From positions 55,802,001 through 55,866,000 of the forward strand of contig OZ076409.1 in assembly GCA_964187785.1 (NCBI GenBank): a DNA stretch of 64,000 nucleotides, written 5' to 3'. This stretch comes from Amphiscolops sp. MND2022 (taxonomy: Eukaryota). The notes beneath the pieces are model-generated. The model did not search any database. It saw only the letters and a list, made by a program, of their open reading frames with translations, and had not been told where the DNA came from. Shown here piece after piece: positions 9,091 through 19,800 of the stretch. Position numbers and translations under genes: made by a program. Numbering within the stretch: the first letter of the stretch is position 1; every line of letters starts with the position of its first letter.

Positions 9091-12000
9091 TCAATCGCTT
9101 CCACTGTCGTAACTAAGATGTTGACGCAAATTACCATCAATGAGTTTTTGATGTAAAAGTAAAGGCACTACCCGTCTATTATGTGTTCTGGTGTTTTGTG
9201 GTCCTGTCTGTTGTCTGATTCGGCTGGTAAGCGGTGTTGGAGATGATACTTTCCGAGGTGGAGATGGAGATCGACTTATTGAAGGTTGTTCGCCGGAACT
9301 TGAGTAGTCTGAAATGGAATTCTTCGGACTTCGAAAGTGAAATAATGTCGTTTGTTCTCCGTTTGCATCACTGTCATTCGCTGGCAGTGTACTAGCGTCC
9401 GAAAAGTTGTCAATATCGTTGGCGTCGAAAAGTCTCCCGAATTCAATTTCGGAATCTGAATCCGGGCCGATAGGTTGGTTTATGTTAACGTCATCGTTGG
9501 GAAAGTGAAGTATAACTGATACTTCCTCTTCTTGTTCGTTGATAGCGTGTATTTCGTCATGAACCAACAGAACTTCGGTGTCATTATCGAAAATAGATTG
9601 AATGATCTTCAATGCTTCTGAGACAATCGTTTTCGGGAACTGTTCCATCTGTATTGCAACTTGCTTCTTCGTTTGTTCGTGCAAAAATGTCTTCACATCC
9701 TTCAATCCTTGTCTGAAGGCAGGAAGCGAGAAACCGTCCAGCTCATGCTTCCTTACTACAATGAAAATAATGGACTTGCCTTCTATGGTGCGAACGATTG
9801 TGTCGCCTACGTCTGCCCTTCTGATGGTTTCAAGTAATGCGATAGGTTGTGTAGTGTTGGTTATTCGAAGAAGTTGCTCCAATGTTAAACATTGCGATAT
9901 GCAATAGACGGTCTCAAACGTTGGGTTGCATGTTGACTCCAATTGTTGCTGCAAGTGACTGATAGAGTTATACATTGTGAACTGTCTTGCTAGGGCAAAA
10001 CGATCGTCGCGTCGCAACGCGTACCTTCGAGTGGCGCCATATCTCGCATCATCGGAAGAAGTTTCGTCCGGGTTGTCGATCCGATAATCGGTAGTGTCGA
10101 TGACTTCGGGACCGTCTTCCATCAGAGTTGGGACATGTCCTTCCACTACAAAAGATTCACGGTCAATGGCGTCGTGAAACGTTGGTTCTGATGTTGTTTT
10201 GATAGGACTTGTTGGTAAAGAATCAGGTTGGAAGGTGATGACACTACGTTCCGAGGAAAATTGAATGTTTTTGGTGAGTCCTGGATCAGACACTGTCTTT
10301 CGTTGCTGGAAGATATGTTGAACTATTGCATTGTCGAATAACTCAGGTTCTGTATTTTCATTCGTCAAAGAGGCATCCGGAGCGAAATTTTGCTCATTGA
10401 TATCCGGCAAGTCTTCGACGTCAAATTGAGGTTGGCATGGTCTAAGACGCATTCGGTGTAAGCATTGAGTTTCGTTGGTACCAACTTTGCGCACAATGTA
10501 GTTCGAGTTGGTGAGAACCTTTTCGACACGATAAAGCGGTAACCATTTCAATTTCCCTTTGCTCAAAGGATCATTTTGTGTGACACTTTTCGGTTCGAGA
10601 ATTAAGCAGTAAGAATGAAGATCCAAGGGTGTAGCGTTCGCTTTCCTGTCGTAATATTGTCTATAATTATGATAAGCTGCAATCATCGATTCTTTAGCTC
10701 GTTCGAATGATGCAGTGGCTGCATCTTGCAATTCCCGCAAAACTTCGAAGTTTGCTGGTGCGGTTCTCATTTTTGCATTTTGGAATCGTAAATCCAATGG
10801 AGTAATCGGTGGGCGTCCATGGAAATGATCAGAAGGCGTGCACCCAATAGATGGATTATAGGTTGTATTGTGAATAAAAACAGCGAAATCCAAATATTTA
10901 TGCCAATTCGTGAAGCTCTCGTTTGAATTCAATTTGAGAATGTGTTTCAATGGTCCATGGCTCCTTTCCACTAAGCCGATGGACTGAGCATGCTTCAAAG
11001 TGCAATATTTTAACTGAACTTCAAGCTGTGCTGTCAAAGCTGTCATTAGAGTGGAAGTAAAAGCTGTTCCCAAATCGCAAATAATCATCCGTGGAATGTA
11101 AGCGTGTCTCAGGAAGATACTGATCAAGGCTTTGGCAACATTGTCTGATTCTCCTTTTGTCAATGCTACGGCAAACAAGTATCGAGAAAACACATCTATT
11201 GCAGTCAACACAAATGTGTGAGGAGATGCTTGTAGTTTTCCAACCAAGTCGATTTGCATCGTGTCTGCTGGGAAATTTCGCTCTGAAGCTACGGGTTGTA
11301 GAGGTGGTTTGAGAGACACTTGCTTGGCTTCTTTCGTTTGTAAACATGTGAGACAGTTCCTGATATAATCAGTGAGAATTTCGGTGAAATTAGGAAAATA
11401 GAAACGTTTCCGAAATTCTGCGATAGTGCGAGTTATACCAATGTGTCCTCTCCATCTGCTGTTGTGTATTCGGTATAGTAATTCTTTTTGTAGGTGTTCT
11501 GGTACACAAAACTGTTCATGTGATACTTTTCCCGTTTGATCGAAAAACTTGCGGTAAAGAACGCCATCTTTCAGCATAAGTCGTGGTAGTTGTTTGAAGT
11601 ATTTGAGTTCAGTCGTTTTGAGATATGCCGGGCTAGGAGTTTTGTTGGTACGTATCCATTCGATTACTTTCGAGAGTGATTTATCCTGTCTTTGTTCCGC
11701 TGCTAAGTTCAGTGGAAGTTCATTGTTCGTGAAATTGAAATCATCTAGCGGGTTGGGCGAGGCAAGTGCATTGACAGAGTATAATCCGTTCACATAGGAA
11801 TCTGTTGGCTCCTCATCCCAAGGAGTATGTTCTGCAGCTAAGAAATGTGAAATAGAGTTGTCAGGTGTGTTGACAACAAAATCAACGGTAACTAATTGTG
11901 TAGGTAGTCGGTCGGATATCTTCAATCGTAACTTTTCGTGTGGATTGATGTGTATTCGTGATAGATAGTCAGCGGCAACATTAGTGTTTCCTGGTAAGTG

Positions 12001-14502
12001 TCCTAAGACGAAATTGAAGCTGAGAACATGGTCAACAGCGCTCCAAAGTGAAGATGGTATCGTTTTAGCTTGAAAGAATCTGGTCAGTGCCCTGTTGTCA
12101 GTCAGAATCAGAATAGGGTTCTGAATTCCCCAAACTATATGGGCAAAAGTTTGTAAAGCGAAGTGTACTGCTAGAAATTCTTTGGCATAATTTGACAATT
12201 TCAATTGACTGGGTTGAAAGATCTTAGAACCAAAGGACACTGGTGCGTATTGTTTTCTGCTCGTTTTTGTGTTCGTGTCACATGTGTAATCGTCTACCAA
12301 CAGAACGTAACCCGCTGCGTAGAATGAAGCATCTGCCATGATTATATATTGTTTTTCGACTATTGGCAGGCGAAGGGTCATTTGACAGGCATTCTTCAAG
12401 TCTTGATTGAGTATCTCAAAAGTTTCGTGATGTTTGTCGGTCAATTGGAATTCATTCGTGGATCGCAGCAACTGGTAAAAAGGAAGTAGTTTTTCTGCAA
12501 GTCCGGGTAAAAACGCTTTGTAAAATTGGTAAAAACCAATCATTCGTTTGACTTGTCTCACGTTTTTGGGAATAGGCAAATCTTTTAGAAACTTTTCTAC
12601 CTTTTCGAGTGTTGGTGCCATACCCTCAGAGGTGATCGTATTGCCCAAAAATTCAATCTTGTCCAGACCGAATTGACATTTGTTTACTGACAACTTGAGA
12701 CCTGAGTTTCGAATATGGAGAAAAACATCGTCCAAATGGGCTAACATTTCATCTACTGATTTGGCTCCAAGTCCAATATCATCGACGTACTGGAAACATT
12801 TGTCCGCTGTTATGACTGGGTCAAGAAATTTTCGCATGTAGGAACTGAAGGAACTCATTGAACGGCTGAGACCCTGGGCCAATCTTGTAAAAGCGAAAGT
12901 TCGCGATGAGAAATTGAAGGCAAGCAGTTGTATCGACCTTTCATCTGCCAAAGGAATCGTGAAGTAGCCCTGAGATCCGTCCATTTTAAAAAAGATTTTT
13001 TTTCCTGCTAAGTGCGAGCTCGCATCGGCTAAAGTTGAAATCGGAAAATTATTGTTGTGATAATCTTTCGTTATCAAGTGGTTGATCTTTCGTAAATCAA
13101 CCAAGAGGCGTAATTTCCCGGAAGGTTTCCGCTGTGCGAACAATGGTGATGAATATTTTGAGAAGTCTAGAGGCTTGATTATACCGTAATGTTGGAGCAA
13201 TGCTAATTCGACGAAAAGTTCATCTTTCAAATGGAGAGGTGTTGGTGGCGATTGGCTATAAACTGGATCATCATGTTGAGGCGTTAAGGTAACTGTGAAG
13301 TCTTTGCTTTTGCCAATATCTAACCGGTGTCGGGCAAAAATGTCATTATATCTCACAAATAAATCTTCAACCCTTTTTCGGTCATCCATTGATAATATAG
13401 ATCCTGTCCAATCGAAGTCGTTCAAGAATTTCTTGCGATGGTTTTCGTTTGTGATTGGGTCCATTTGCTCCAATGCATTGAATTTTTTAATGGTATCGTA
13501 AATTGTTTTCTGAGGACCTTTCAGTTGTTCTGGGTGTGCACAATTTTCTGGTGTCGCATACCATTCATCGGTTGTGAACTTTCTTGTTTCCTGAGTATGA
13601 TTTCCCGATTGAGTTAGTGAAATTGAATGTGACAAGTTCCTCTGTTGTTTCTGGTTGGAGATGCACTGAATCAAATTGTTGTCTAACGGTGTGAGATATT
13701 TCGCCTGTTCGGGAGTTAAAATTTCGAATTTAGCTACGCACGTATTGCTGGTAAATCTGATCGGTATTTCTGCTAGATTGAGTGCGAGTGCTTTTACACA
13801 TCCGTTGGTGACCTTTGACAAGGAATTTGTTAGGAACAATTGGTATTTCTTTTCTAGGGTTGCGATTGGTGTTACCACCCCCACTGTTGATTCCGCTTGA
13901 GCTTTTTTGTCTGCTTCTAATATTAGTAGCGCTTCTTGATTAGGTTGTATGATGATGTCTTCAGTAGTGTAAAGGTCGATGATTGTTGGTTTGGCATTTG
14001 CTTTTGACGTCAGTGAGGCGTCGGATTCGTACTGGCTGAGTATGAAAGACATTTGTGGTGACGTGAGGCGGCGATTACGGACGTCAATAGAAAGTTCATA
14101 ATTATGAAGAAATGGAAAACCAAGTAGAATGCTGTTCAGTTTTGGAAAAACTAAAAACTTCTCTTCGAATATCAACTGCCCAATTTTGAATTGAATTGTC
14201 GCGGTAAAGAGAACATGGGCTTTTTCGGTATGTGCCATGAGAACATTGAAATCTGGAGGAGGTGATTGCACGATACGGACATCTGTTTGGGTTGAAATGG
14301 CGTCGAAAATTTCTTTTGGCATACCACTGGAAAAAGCTCCAGTGTCTAATACTGCTCTATAAACTAATGTACCGAATTGACAAGGAACTAATAATGCATT
14401 AGAGGCTGGTTCTGGTACTTTTAATGTAATTGGTAAGTCAGGTTTGACTTCCGGTGCATGCATTGATGTAACTGGTGGCTGTGGCGTTTTATTCAGTTTT
14501 TT
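9091..14502 (-). CDS. pol: Pol polyprotein (aspartic protease, RT, RNase H, integrase, C-terminal macro-like extension), entered by -1 frameshift
   Basis: Uninterrupted frame of about 1800 codons. Motifs: VLDTGA (protease); LRLLVDLRKIN, RLAQGL and YVDD (RT); ADAS, KEFLA and TDN (RNase H); H-x5-H...C-x2-C and the DDE core (integrase). Confidence 0.96.
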   Translation of the reverse strand, partial: KKLNKTPQPPVTSMHAPEVKPDLPITLKVPEPASNALLVPCQFGTLVYRAVLDTGAFSSGMPKEIFDAISTQTDVRIVQSPPPDFNVLMAHTEKAHVLFTATIQFKIGQLIFEEKFLVFPKLNSILLGFPFLHNYELSIDVRNRRLTSPQMSFILSQYESDASLTSKANAKPTIIDLYTTEDIIIQPNQEALLILEADKKAQAESTVGVVTPIATLEKKYQLFLTNSLSKVTNGCVKALALNLAEIPIRFTSNTCVAKFEILTPEQAKYLTPLDNNLIQCISNQKQQRNLSHSISLTQSGNHTQETRKFTTDEWYATPENCAHPEQLKGPQKTIYDTIKKFNALEQMDPITNENHRKKFLNDFDWTGSILSMDDRKRVEDLFVRYNDIFARHRLDIGKSKDFTVTLTPQHDDPVYSQSPPTPLHLKDELFVELALLQHYGIIKPLDFSKYSSPLFAQRKPSGKLRLLVDLRKINHLITKDYHNNNFPISTLADASSHLAGKKIFFKMDGSQGYFTIPLADERSIQLLAFNFSSRTFAFTRLAQGLSRSMSSFSSYMRKFLDPVITADKCFQYVDDIGLGAKSVDEMLAHLDDVFLHIRNSGLKLSVNKCQFGLDKIEFLGNTITSEGMAPTLEKVEKFLKDLPIPKNVRQVKRMIGFYQFYKAFLPGLAEKLLPFYQLLRSTNEFQLTDKHHETFEILNQDLKNACQMTLRLPIVEKQYIIMADASFYAAGYVLLVDDYTCDTNTKTSRKQYAPVSFGSKIFQPSQLKLSNYAKEFLAVHFALQTFAHIVWGIQNPILILTDNRALTRFFQAKTIPSSLWSAVDHVLSFNFVLGHLPGNTNVAADYLSRIHINPHEKLRLKISDRLPTQLVTVDFVVNTPDNSISHFLAAEHTPWDEEPTDSYVNGLYSVNALASPNPLDDFNFTNNELPLNLAAEQRQDKSLSKVIEWIRTNKTPSPAYLKTTELKYFKQLPRLMLKDGVLYRKFFDQTGKVSHEQFCVPEHLQKELLYRIHNSRWRGHIGITRTIAEFRKRFYFPNFTEILTDYIRNCLTCLQTKEAKQVSLKPPLQPVASERNFPADTMQIDLVGKLQASPHTFVLTAIDVFSRYLFAVALTKGESDNVAKALISIFLRHAYIPRMIICDLGTAFTSTLMTALTAQLEVQLKYCTLKHAQSIGLVERSHGPLKHILKLNSNESFTNWHKYLDFAVFIHNTTYNPSIGCTPSDHFHGRPPITPLDLRFQNAKMRTAPANFEVLRELQDAATASFERAKESMIAAYHNYRQYYDRKANATPLDLHSYCLILEPKSVTQNDPLSKGKLKWLPLYRVEKVLTNSNYIVRKVGTNETQCLHRMRLRPCQPQFDVEDLPDINEQNFAPDASLTNENTEPELFDNAIVQHIFQQRKTVSDPGLTKNIQFSSERSVITFQPDSLPTSPIKTTSEPTFHDAIDRESFVVEGHVPTLMEDGPEVIDTTDYRIDNPDETSSDDARYGATRRYALRRDDRFALARQFTMYNSISHLQQQLESTCNPTFETVYCISQCLTLEQLLRITNTTQPIALLETIRRADVGDTIVRTIEGKSIIFIVVRKHELDGFSLPAFRQGLKDVKTFLHEQTKKQVAIQMEQFPKTIVSEALKIIQSIFDNDTEVLLVHDEIHAINEQEEEVSVILHFPNDDVNINQPIGPDSDSEIEFGRLFDANDIDNFSDASTLPANDSDANGEQTTLFHFRSPKNSISDYSSSGEQPSISRSPSPPRKVSSPTPLTSRIRQQTGPQNTRTHNRRVVPLLLHQKLIDGNLRQHLSYDSGSD

Positions 14503-15476
14503 GGATTGTCGCTTGAAGTTGGTTGAAGTTCAGCGTTCTGGTCCCGTTGCTGTGGGTACGGAATACTAGATCCTCGTCGTGGCGCTGGTTTGCTCCAACA
14601 GTTTTGTTGCGTGAGACCATTCTTGCCGCAATTACGACAGAAAGGTCGTCTGTTGCCACCACGACCGTATCCTCGTTGGTAACCTCTTGGTCCACCTCGT
14701 CCATATCCACGGTAGTTGTTGGACGGTTGGTAGCCTTGATTGTAGTAACTCGAATTGTAAGCCATGTTTGCTAACTGTTGATCATACTCTTGCTGGTTCA
14801 ATTGAAGTGCTTGTGTGACAGATGTAAGATGAGTGAGCGCTTCGAGCACTGCGTTGTTACTTGGTTCAATTGTGACTTCATTGAAAGCTGTTTTAAGCTC
14901 TCCATCGGGTGCAGATATGGCTGCGCGCAGTCGTCGTTTCACAATTTGGCAAAGGGCATCAGTATCTGTGCCATCCGGCTCGCGAAGGAGAACTTTTTTG
15001 AGTTTGTGTGGCATTCCTTCGATGAACTGGTGTCTGACTCTTCTCGTGCGTTCGTCGGTTCGGTCCACGGCTGGTCCTACACCGTCAGGAATAGCAACCA
15101 ATGCAAGTCTTTGTAAGTCAGTCAAATAGTCATCTGGCTCCTCGGTTTGTGGATCAAATTTTCGATTTGACAGAAGTGCGTCTGTGGTAGCTTGTTTATC
15201 AGCTCCCGCATAACGATCTCTTAAAGCGGTGAGTGCTAAGTCAACGTCATCTCGGGTTGCTTCGGGTTGTGCTAAGTAGAAGTACAGTGCATTTCCAGCT
15301 AAGTGCAAATGAAGATAACGGGCACGCTGATTGTTGGCATCTGGTATGCGTGCTACTGCGAGGCTGGCTCTGAAAAGTCCTTCGAATTGGGTGAAGTTTT
15401 CCTAGGGTGTTCCGCTGAAGGCTTTGAGGTGGATATGTGGTCCGTTTGCAGGTGCAGCAGGCGCTGCATGTGCCAT
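14493..15476 (-). CDS. gag: Gag, with one in-frame TAG at codon 25
   Basis: ATG 15476 reads MAHAAPAAPANGPHIHLKAFSGTP*ENFTQFEGLF...YLHLHLAGNALYFY, in frame with the 271-aa ORF. Capsid-like helical region, RGG-rich stretch and a degenerate zinc knuckle CRNCGKNGLTQQNC. The stop is at 15402-15404. Confidence 0.88.
14496..14502 (-). other. -1 ribosomal frameshift slippery heptamer A AAA AAC at the gag-pol junction
   Basis: The gag frame ends CCA AAA AAC TGA. The -1 frame reads KLNKTPQPPVTSMHAPEV straight into the pol ORF. Confidence 0.85.
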
Positions 15477-16138
15477 TGTTCAAAGAAAATTTGTTTTTCT
15501 TCACTTGGTCGTCTCCTGTCTTGTACTTGGGGTCCGGGCAAAAATTTTTTGTTTGTTTCGGCCCGGTTATTTTATTTTAATAATTATTGGCTGCTGCTAT
15601 ACGAATTTGTTCGATAGAACAAATTCGATCTCAAAAATTTCGTCAGAATTGCGAAATTCGCACTCTGTGGCGAGATATTGAGCCCCGAAATTGCGATAAA
15701 AGATAGAATATGGTGGGGTCGACGTCTTTGATTTTGTTTTTAAGTGTGCTCTGGGAGCCTTCTGTCGCATGCGAGCCAATGAAAATAGCTGTTCTGGTTG
15801 TAAGAGCGCATCGCTGGGGTTATTCCTTTTTTCGATTTTTTTTTGACAACGTCGTAAAAAGATAGTCGCAAAATAGGTATTAGTTCAGCTGGTAATTATA
15901 AAGTTCTCAAAATTCGATGATAACACTTGGGTTTGTTTTCGTAGCGCGATGCAATGCGAAAACCCTGCGTTAGTAACCACTATCTGCAAAATCTGTAAAA
16001 ATGTGATGGCGAAAATAGATAAAGTTTTCTTCGAAAACGACTTGTAGTGCTAAGATGTAATTTTTAAATGGTAAAGATTTAACTTATACAATGGATGATT
16101 TCTTGTAGTATGGTATTCAACAAGTGTGTTTGGAAAGA

Positions 16139-16516
16139 CTAATTTTCAGCGTCGTTACACGGATCTGAATAGTTTCCCACATACTCAATTAGTTCTTCAA
16201 AAGTATGTATGCAATTGATATTTGGGTCCAAAAGTGGTTGATAGTTTATCAAGGCAGTTTCTAATTGTTGCCATACCGTAGTATATTTGTAAACGAGCTG
16301 ATGAAATACCTGGTGTGGTGCGTCGAAGGTGACTCCCAGTAAAAGGATAGGTTTTCCATATGACCAATAAATTCGTTTGATTAATAAATCCTCATCTGGT
16401 GTAACCCATAACATGTGAACTGTGTGAAAAGCGAATTCAGGATTCAAATAATCGATGGAAATTTCCATTTGTTCGGTCTGTTTAAACAACTATTTCGGTG
16501 GTTGTAGATCGATCAT
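16139..16516 (-). CDS. Orphan ORF0 in the 5' leader upstream of gag (~109-125 aa)
   Basis: Open frame 16139-16489 with an internal ATG (MEISIDYLNPEF). An upstream in-frame ATG at 16516 is separated from it by a TAG at 16490-16492. No recognisable domain. Confidence 0.4.
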
Positions 16517-16636
16517 GAATGTATTTTCGTTACAATAAATACGAGAAGTTTGCGATTCTTTCAAATTCGGAAAATTCCTTCGGAAAATTTTGATTGTTTT
16601 GTTTTTGCATTGGTGAAGGTGATGGAGAATATTAAT

Positions 16637-16654
16637 GAGGACACCTTGTCACCA
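16637..16654 (-). other. Primer-binding site
   Basis: TGGTGACAAGGTGTCCTC follows the 5' LTR immediately on the minus strand; TGG complements the tRNA CCA end. The priming tRNA is not identified. Confidence 0.75.
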
Positions 16655-16975
16655 TGTTTTAAAGTAGCTCGAGTGGTTTTCTAGGCGAAAGCGTTTAGGT
16701 TCAATTCATTTATTGATATTCTATTTCACACAATGACAAATAATGGATGAACATTGATTTATATTATGAGGAGAAATAATTCAATCTTTTTCCATTCCCG
16801 TTTTCTCTCTCATCAGTAGGTTTCCTTCTCTCTCTCCAGAATATTGTTCCCGTCTCCCTTTTGTTGGGTATTTCCATTTTTCTCGAATTTTCTTTTTTGT
16901 CCAATCATGTTTGAGAATACCATTCCTTCTGAATATCTTCATCCAAAAATAATACAAGTCATGATGAATATCACA
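16655..16975 (-). repeat. 5' LTR (321 bp)
   Basis: Near-identical to 2697-3016 and flanked by the PBS and the TSD. Confidence 0.96.
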
Positions 16976-17397
16976 CTATGTAAAGCAGATAGTGACAAAG
17001 CTGATGGATCCTGTGAGGCAGTCTTCTTACGAAAGGTGACTCAGATCAAATCTATTTGAAAACCTCTAGCAACTTCCAATTTTTTGAAACGAAATATTAT
17101 GAAGGTTGTGTTTAAAAGTTACTTCAAGAAGGGAAAGACAGAGGTTTCACGGAAATGTCTCAAAAAACTTTTTCTCAGTGAGTATCAGGAGGTATCTAAA
17201 GCTTCCCGATACTACTATCCATATTTTATAACAGAAAGTGATTGTTTGTAAAATATGTTCAATGTTTGCAAATACAGTCTTCCTGTTCTTCAAGATTTTG
17301 AAATTAACTAAACATTATCCTTTTGCAAAAACATTGCGCTACATCCAAATTGTGCAAGATCTTGCCAAATTCTTTCATGTGAAAAAATTTCAAGCAT

Positions 17398-17620
17398 TTG
17401 GGAGTCGGACAAACTTTCGACTACTTATGCAATCGTCTCGATTTTTTTTCTCCCGACCTTTCATTGAAAATTTTGAATTTCTCATGAACTGACCGTAAAA
17501 TCTCCATAAACATTTGCACAGTCAATAAACACCCAAAGGTGCTCCTGCTTGCGCAAAGGCGTCAAAATCGTATGACTGGGATGTGAGAAACATAGTCGAA
17601 TTAGCTCAAAAATGACAATG
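17398..17620 (+). mobile_element. 5' fragment of the Helentron/DINE-1-like repeat
   Basis: Starts tttgggagtcggacaaactttcgactactt and continues into the caaaatcgtatgactgggatgtgagaaacat unit. Confidence 0.5.
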
Positions 17621-19800
17621 GATGCTTCTGGGAGCGCATGGTGTTAGCTGCAAGAAAACGAAGAACGCGATTCTTGGAAGTAGGCGTTTGGCATTGCCAA
17701 AACATAATACCACCATATTCTTCGTAGAGCAATCTCTAAACAAGCACCCAATCATAACTGTTAGTGATGTTCCTGGAACCTAGAAGCGCTGACACTGAAT
17801 CATTTTACTGGGACGAGCTATGGTATCTGAACCGTTGATTGCGTACCTGATGCATCACGATATGTCAATTGTCAACGAGTGTACTAAGTTTCTCAAGACT
17901 ACAACGCTCTGATTTGGCAACGAACGCCTAACGAATATCTCTCCCGCTGGAAAGTGAGATTTATGTGGGCCAACGATGACGAGTGTGTTTTGGGAGTTGG
18001 GCAGCTTGTGTGGTTGATAGATGACTCAGTGAAACGATCAGAGTGAATATTGGCCACGGTCTTGGAAGTGTTACTCAGCCATGACGGCATCATCCGAGCT
18101 GCAATGATCAAGACATTAGATGGAGTCTTCAAACGACTAGAGATAGTGCCAGTATTCTATGAGTGTTTTTCAACGGAAAACAGGGCCGACAATGTTGGCG
18201 CCACGAAATTTGTTAACCCTTGAAAAGTTACTTTGTGAATCATCCGAACCCACAACCGAAATCTATCAATTGTATGTGAAGATACTGCTATAAGAGTGCT
18301 ACACAGAACTGAAATCATATCCGAACTCATGACCTTCGAATGCTAAAGATCACGACCTTTGAAAGTTTAAAATAATAAAAACGTGCTTACCGACGATTTT
18401 CAACGACCTTTTTCACATACTTAGCGATGACTCTGGAATCCAAAAATGGGCGCAGGCCTAACTTTATCCCCTCTACCCGATTCTGATGTTTGCTTTGGAA
18501 TCTGAGACAAAAATTTCGCAATATGCACCGGACAGCCACACCCTGTATTTCAGTAACTTGATGACTTTGAACCCGAAGTGCTTGGCAAAGTTTGAGAAGC
18601 AACTTAGAGCTTCGAGGTTCACGAAAATGCTGCGTATTGTGAAATTAAAAGGTGATAATCTTAAATTTTATTCATATTCTTCCGATAATTTTGTGTTTCA
18701 CTTTTTATTGATTGTTTCATGTAAAATATGGTGTCCGTCTCATTCAAAACTCTTTAGTGGATGCAAGGTAATGCTCACACGTTTGTTTTTGTTGTTATAG
18801 TTAGTAATTAGCATAATAAGTCGAAACGGTACAGATAAATTATGTTCTGACGTTAAAAGTTTTACTTTTGTGGCGTGATATTACACTTCCTGTGCACTTC
18901 GACAATGCCCAATGGCAAACCTGCGGTAACCCAACCTTTTCACATTCATATTGTTGAAGTTGCTTTTTTTGATACTACACACCACCACCAAAATTTCGAA
19001 GGATACGTCGATTGGGTATTTTGTATATTGACCCTAAAAACGAGGTTAATTTTGCTGATCTTCAATTTGAGAAATGTTTTGATCACAAATTGAACCCCGC
19101 ATACCTTAAAGGAAATGAACAAAGTAACGAAAATCGAACGATGTTTTGAATATGTTATGTACACAATGCATATTGAGTAGTTGGATTGGAATAGTAATCA
19201 GGTTGATAATAATTGGAGATTTTCTTGTTCCTTTCTTCACAGTTGAATATAGAACGTAGATTTTAGTCAAGTTAGGAGAATAATCGAAGTATTGCTTTTT
19301 CGAAGAAGAAATTGAAAAATGAGGAATTATCATCTTTGAAACATCTTGACTTGCGTGTCTTGACAAAGATTTTCCTGCAATCTATTTTGTTCTCTGTTTC
19401 GTTGGTGGACGCAGAGATAACCAAGAACCGGCAAAAGCTTGAATCGCCCAATATGGCGATTTGAGTCAGCTGTTACAACTATCGATACGATTTGAACGAA
19501 TTTTTTTACATTCTTTATACACAGTATCAGGATCCTTGGTGTACAATGGATTCAAAATCGTATGACTGGGATCTGAGGAAAATTGCCAAAATTGGCCCGA
19601 AAATGATAAAAACGAGCCACTTTTTTTGATTTTCTCAAAACTGTCTACACGATTCGAACTAACTTTTCTACAGTCATTCAACAATTTTTTGGAGTTCTAT
19701 ATGTGCAATGGCATCAAATTTGTGTGGCTGGGATTTGAGAAAGATAAGCCAAAATTAGCCCAGAAAAAACCAAGAAACAGCCACTTTCGTACTTTTTTCA
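17620..19800 (+). repeat. ~2.2-kb duplicate of 26445-28600 (BEL/Pao integrase tail, LTR and flank)
   Basis: Colinear similarity throughout. The minus-strand ORFs 17899-18132 and 26724-26957 differ by one residue, and similarity continues beyond the LTR. Confidence 0.85.

Larger units (their letters stand above)
2697..16975 (-). mobile_element. Full-length env-bearing Ty3/Gypsy LTR retroelement (endogenous retrovirus-like), 14.3 kb
   Basis: Direct-repeat LTRs at 2697-3016 and 16655-16975 with TG...CA ends. Perfect 5-bp TSD CTATG at 2692-2696 and 16976-16980. PBS beside the right LTR. gag, pol (PR-RT-RH-IN order) and env all on the minus strand. Confidence 0.97.

Noticed and set aside
16637..16654. 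Assignment of the PBS to tRNA-Trp
   Set aside because: Only the first 7 nt (TGGTGAC) fit the usual Trp PBS; the host tRNA set is needed to assign it.
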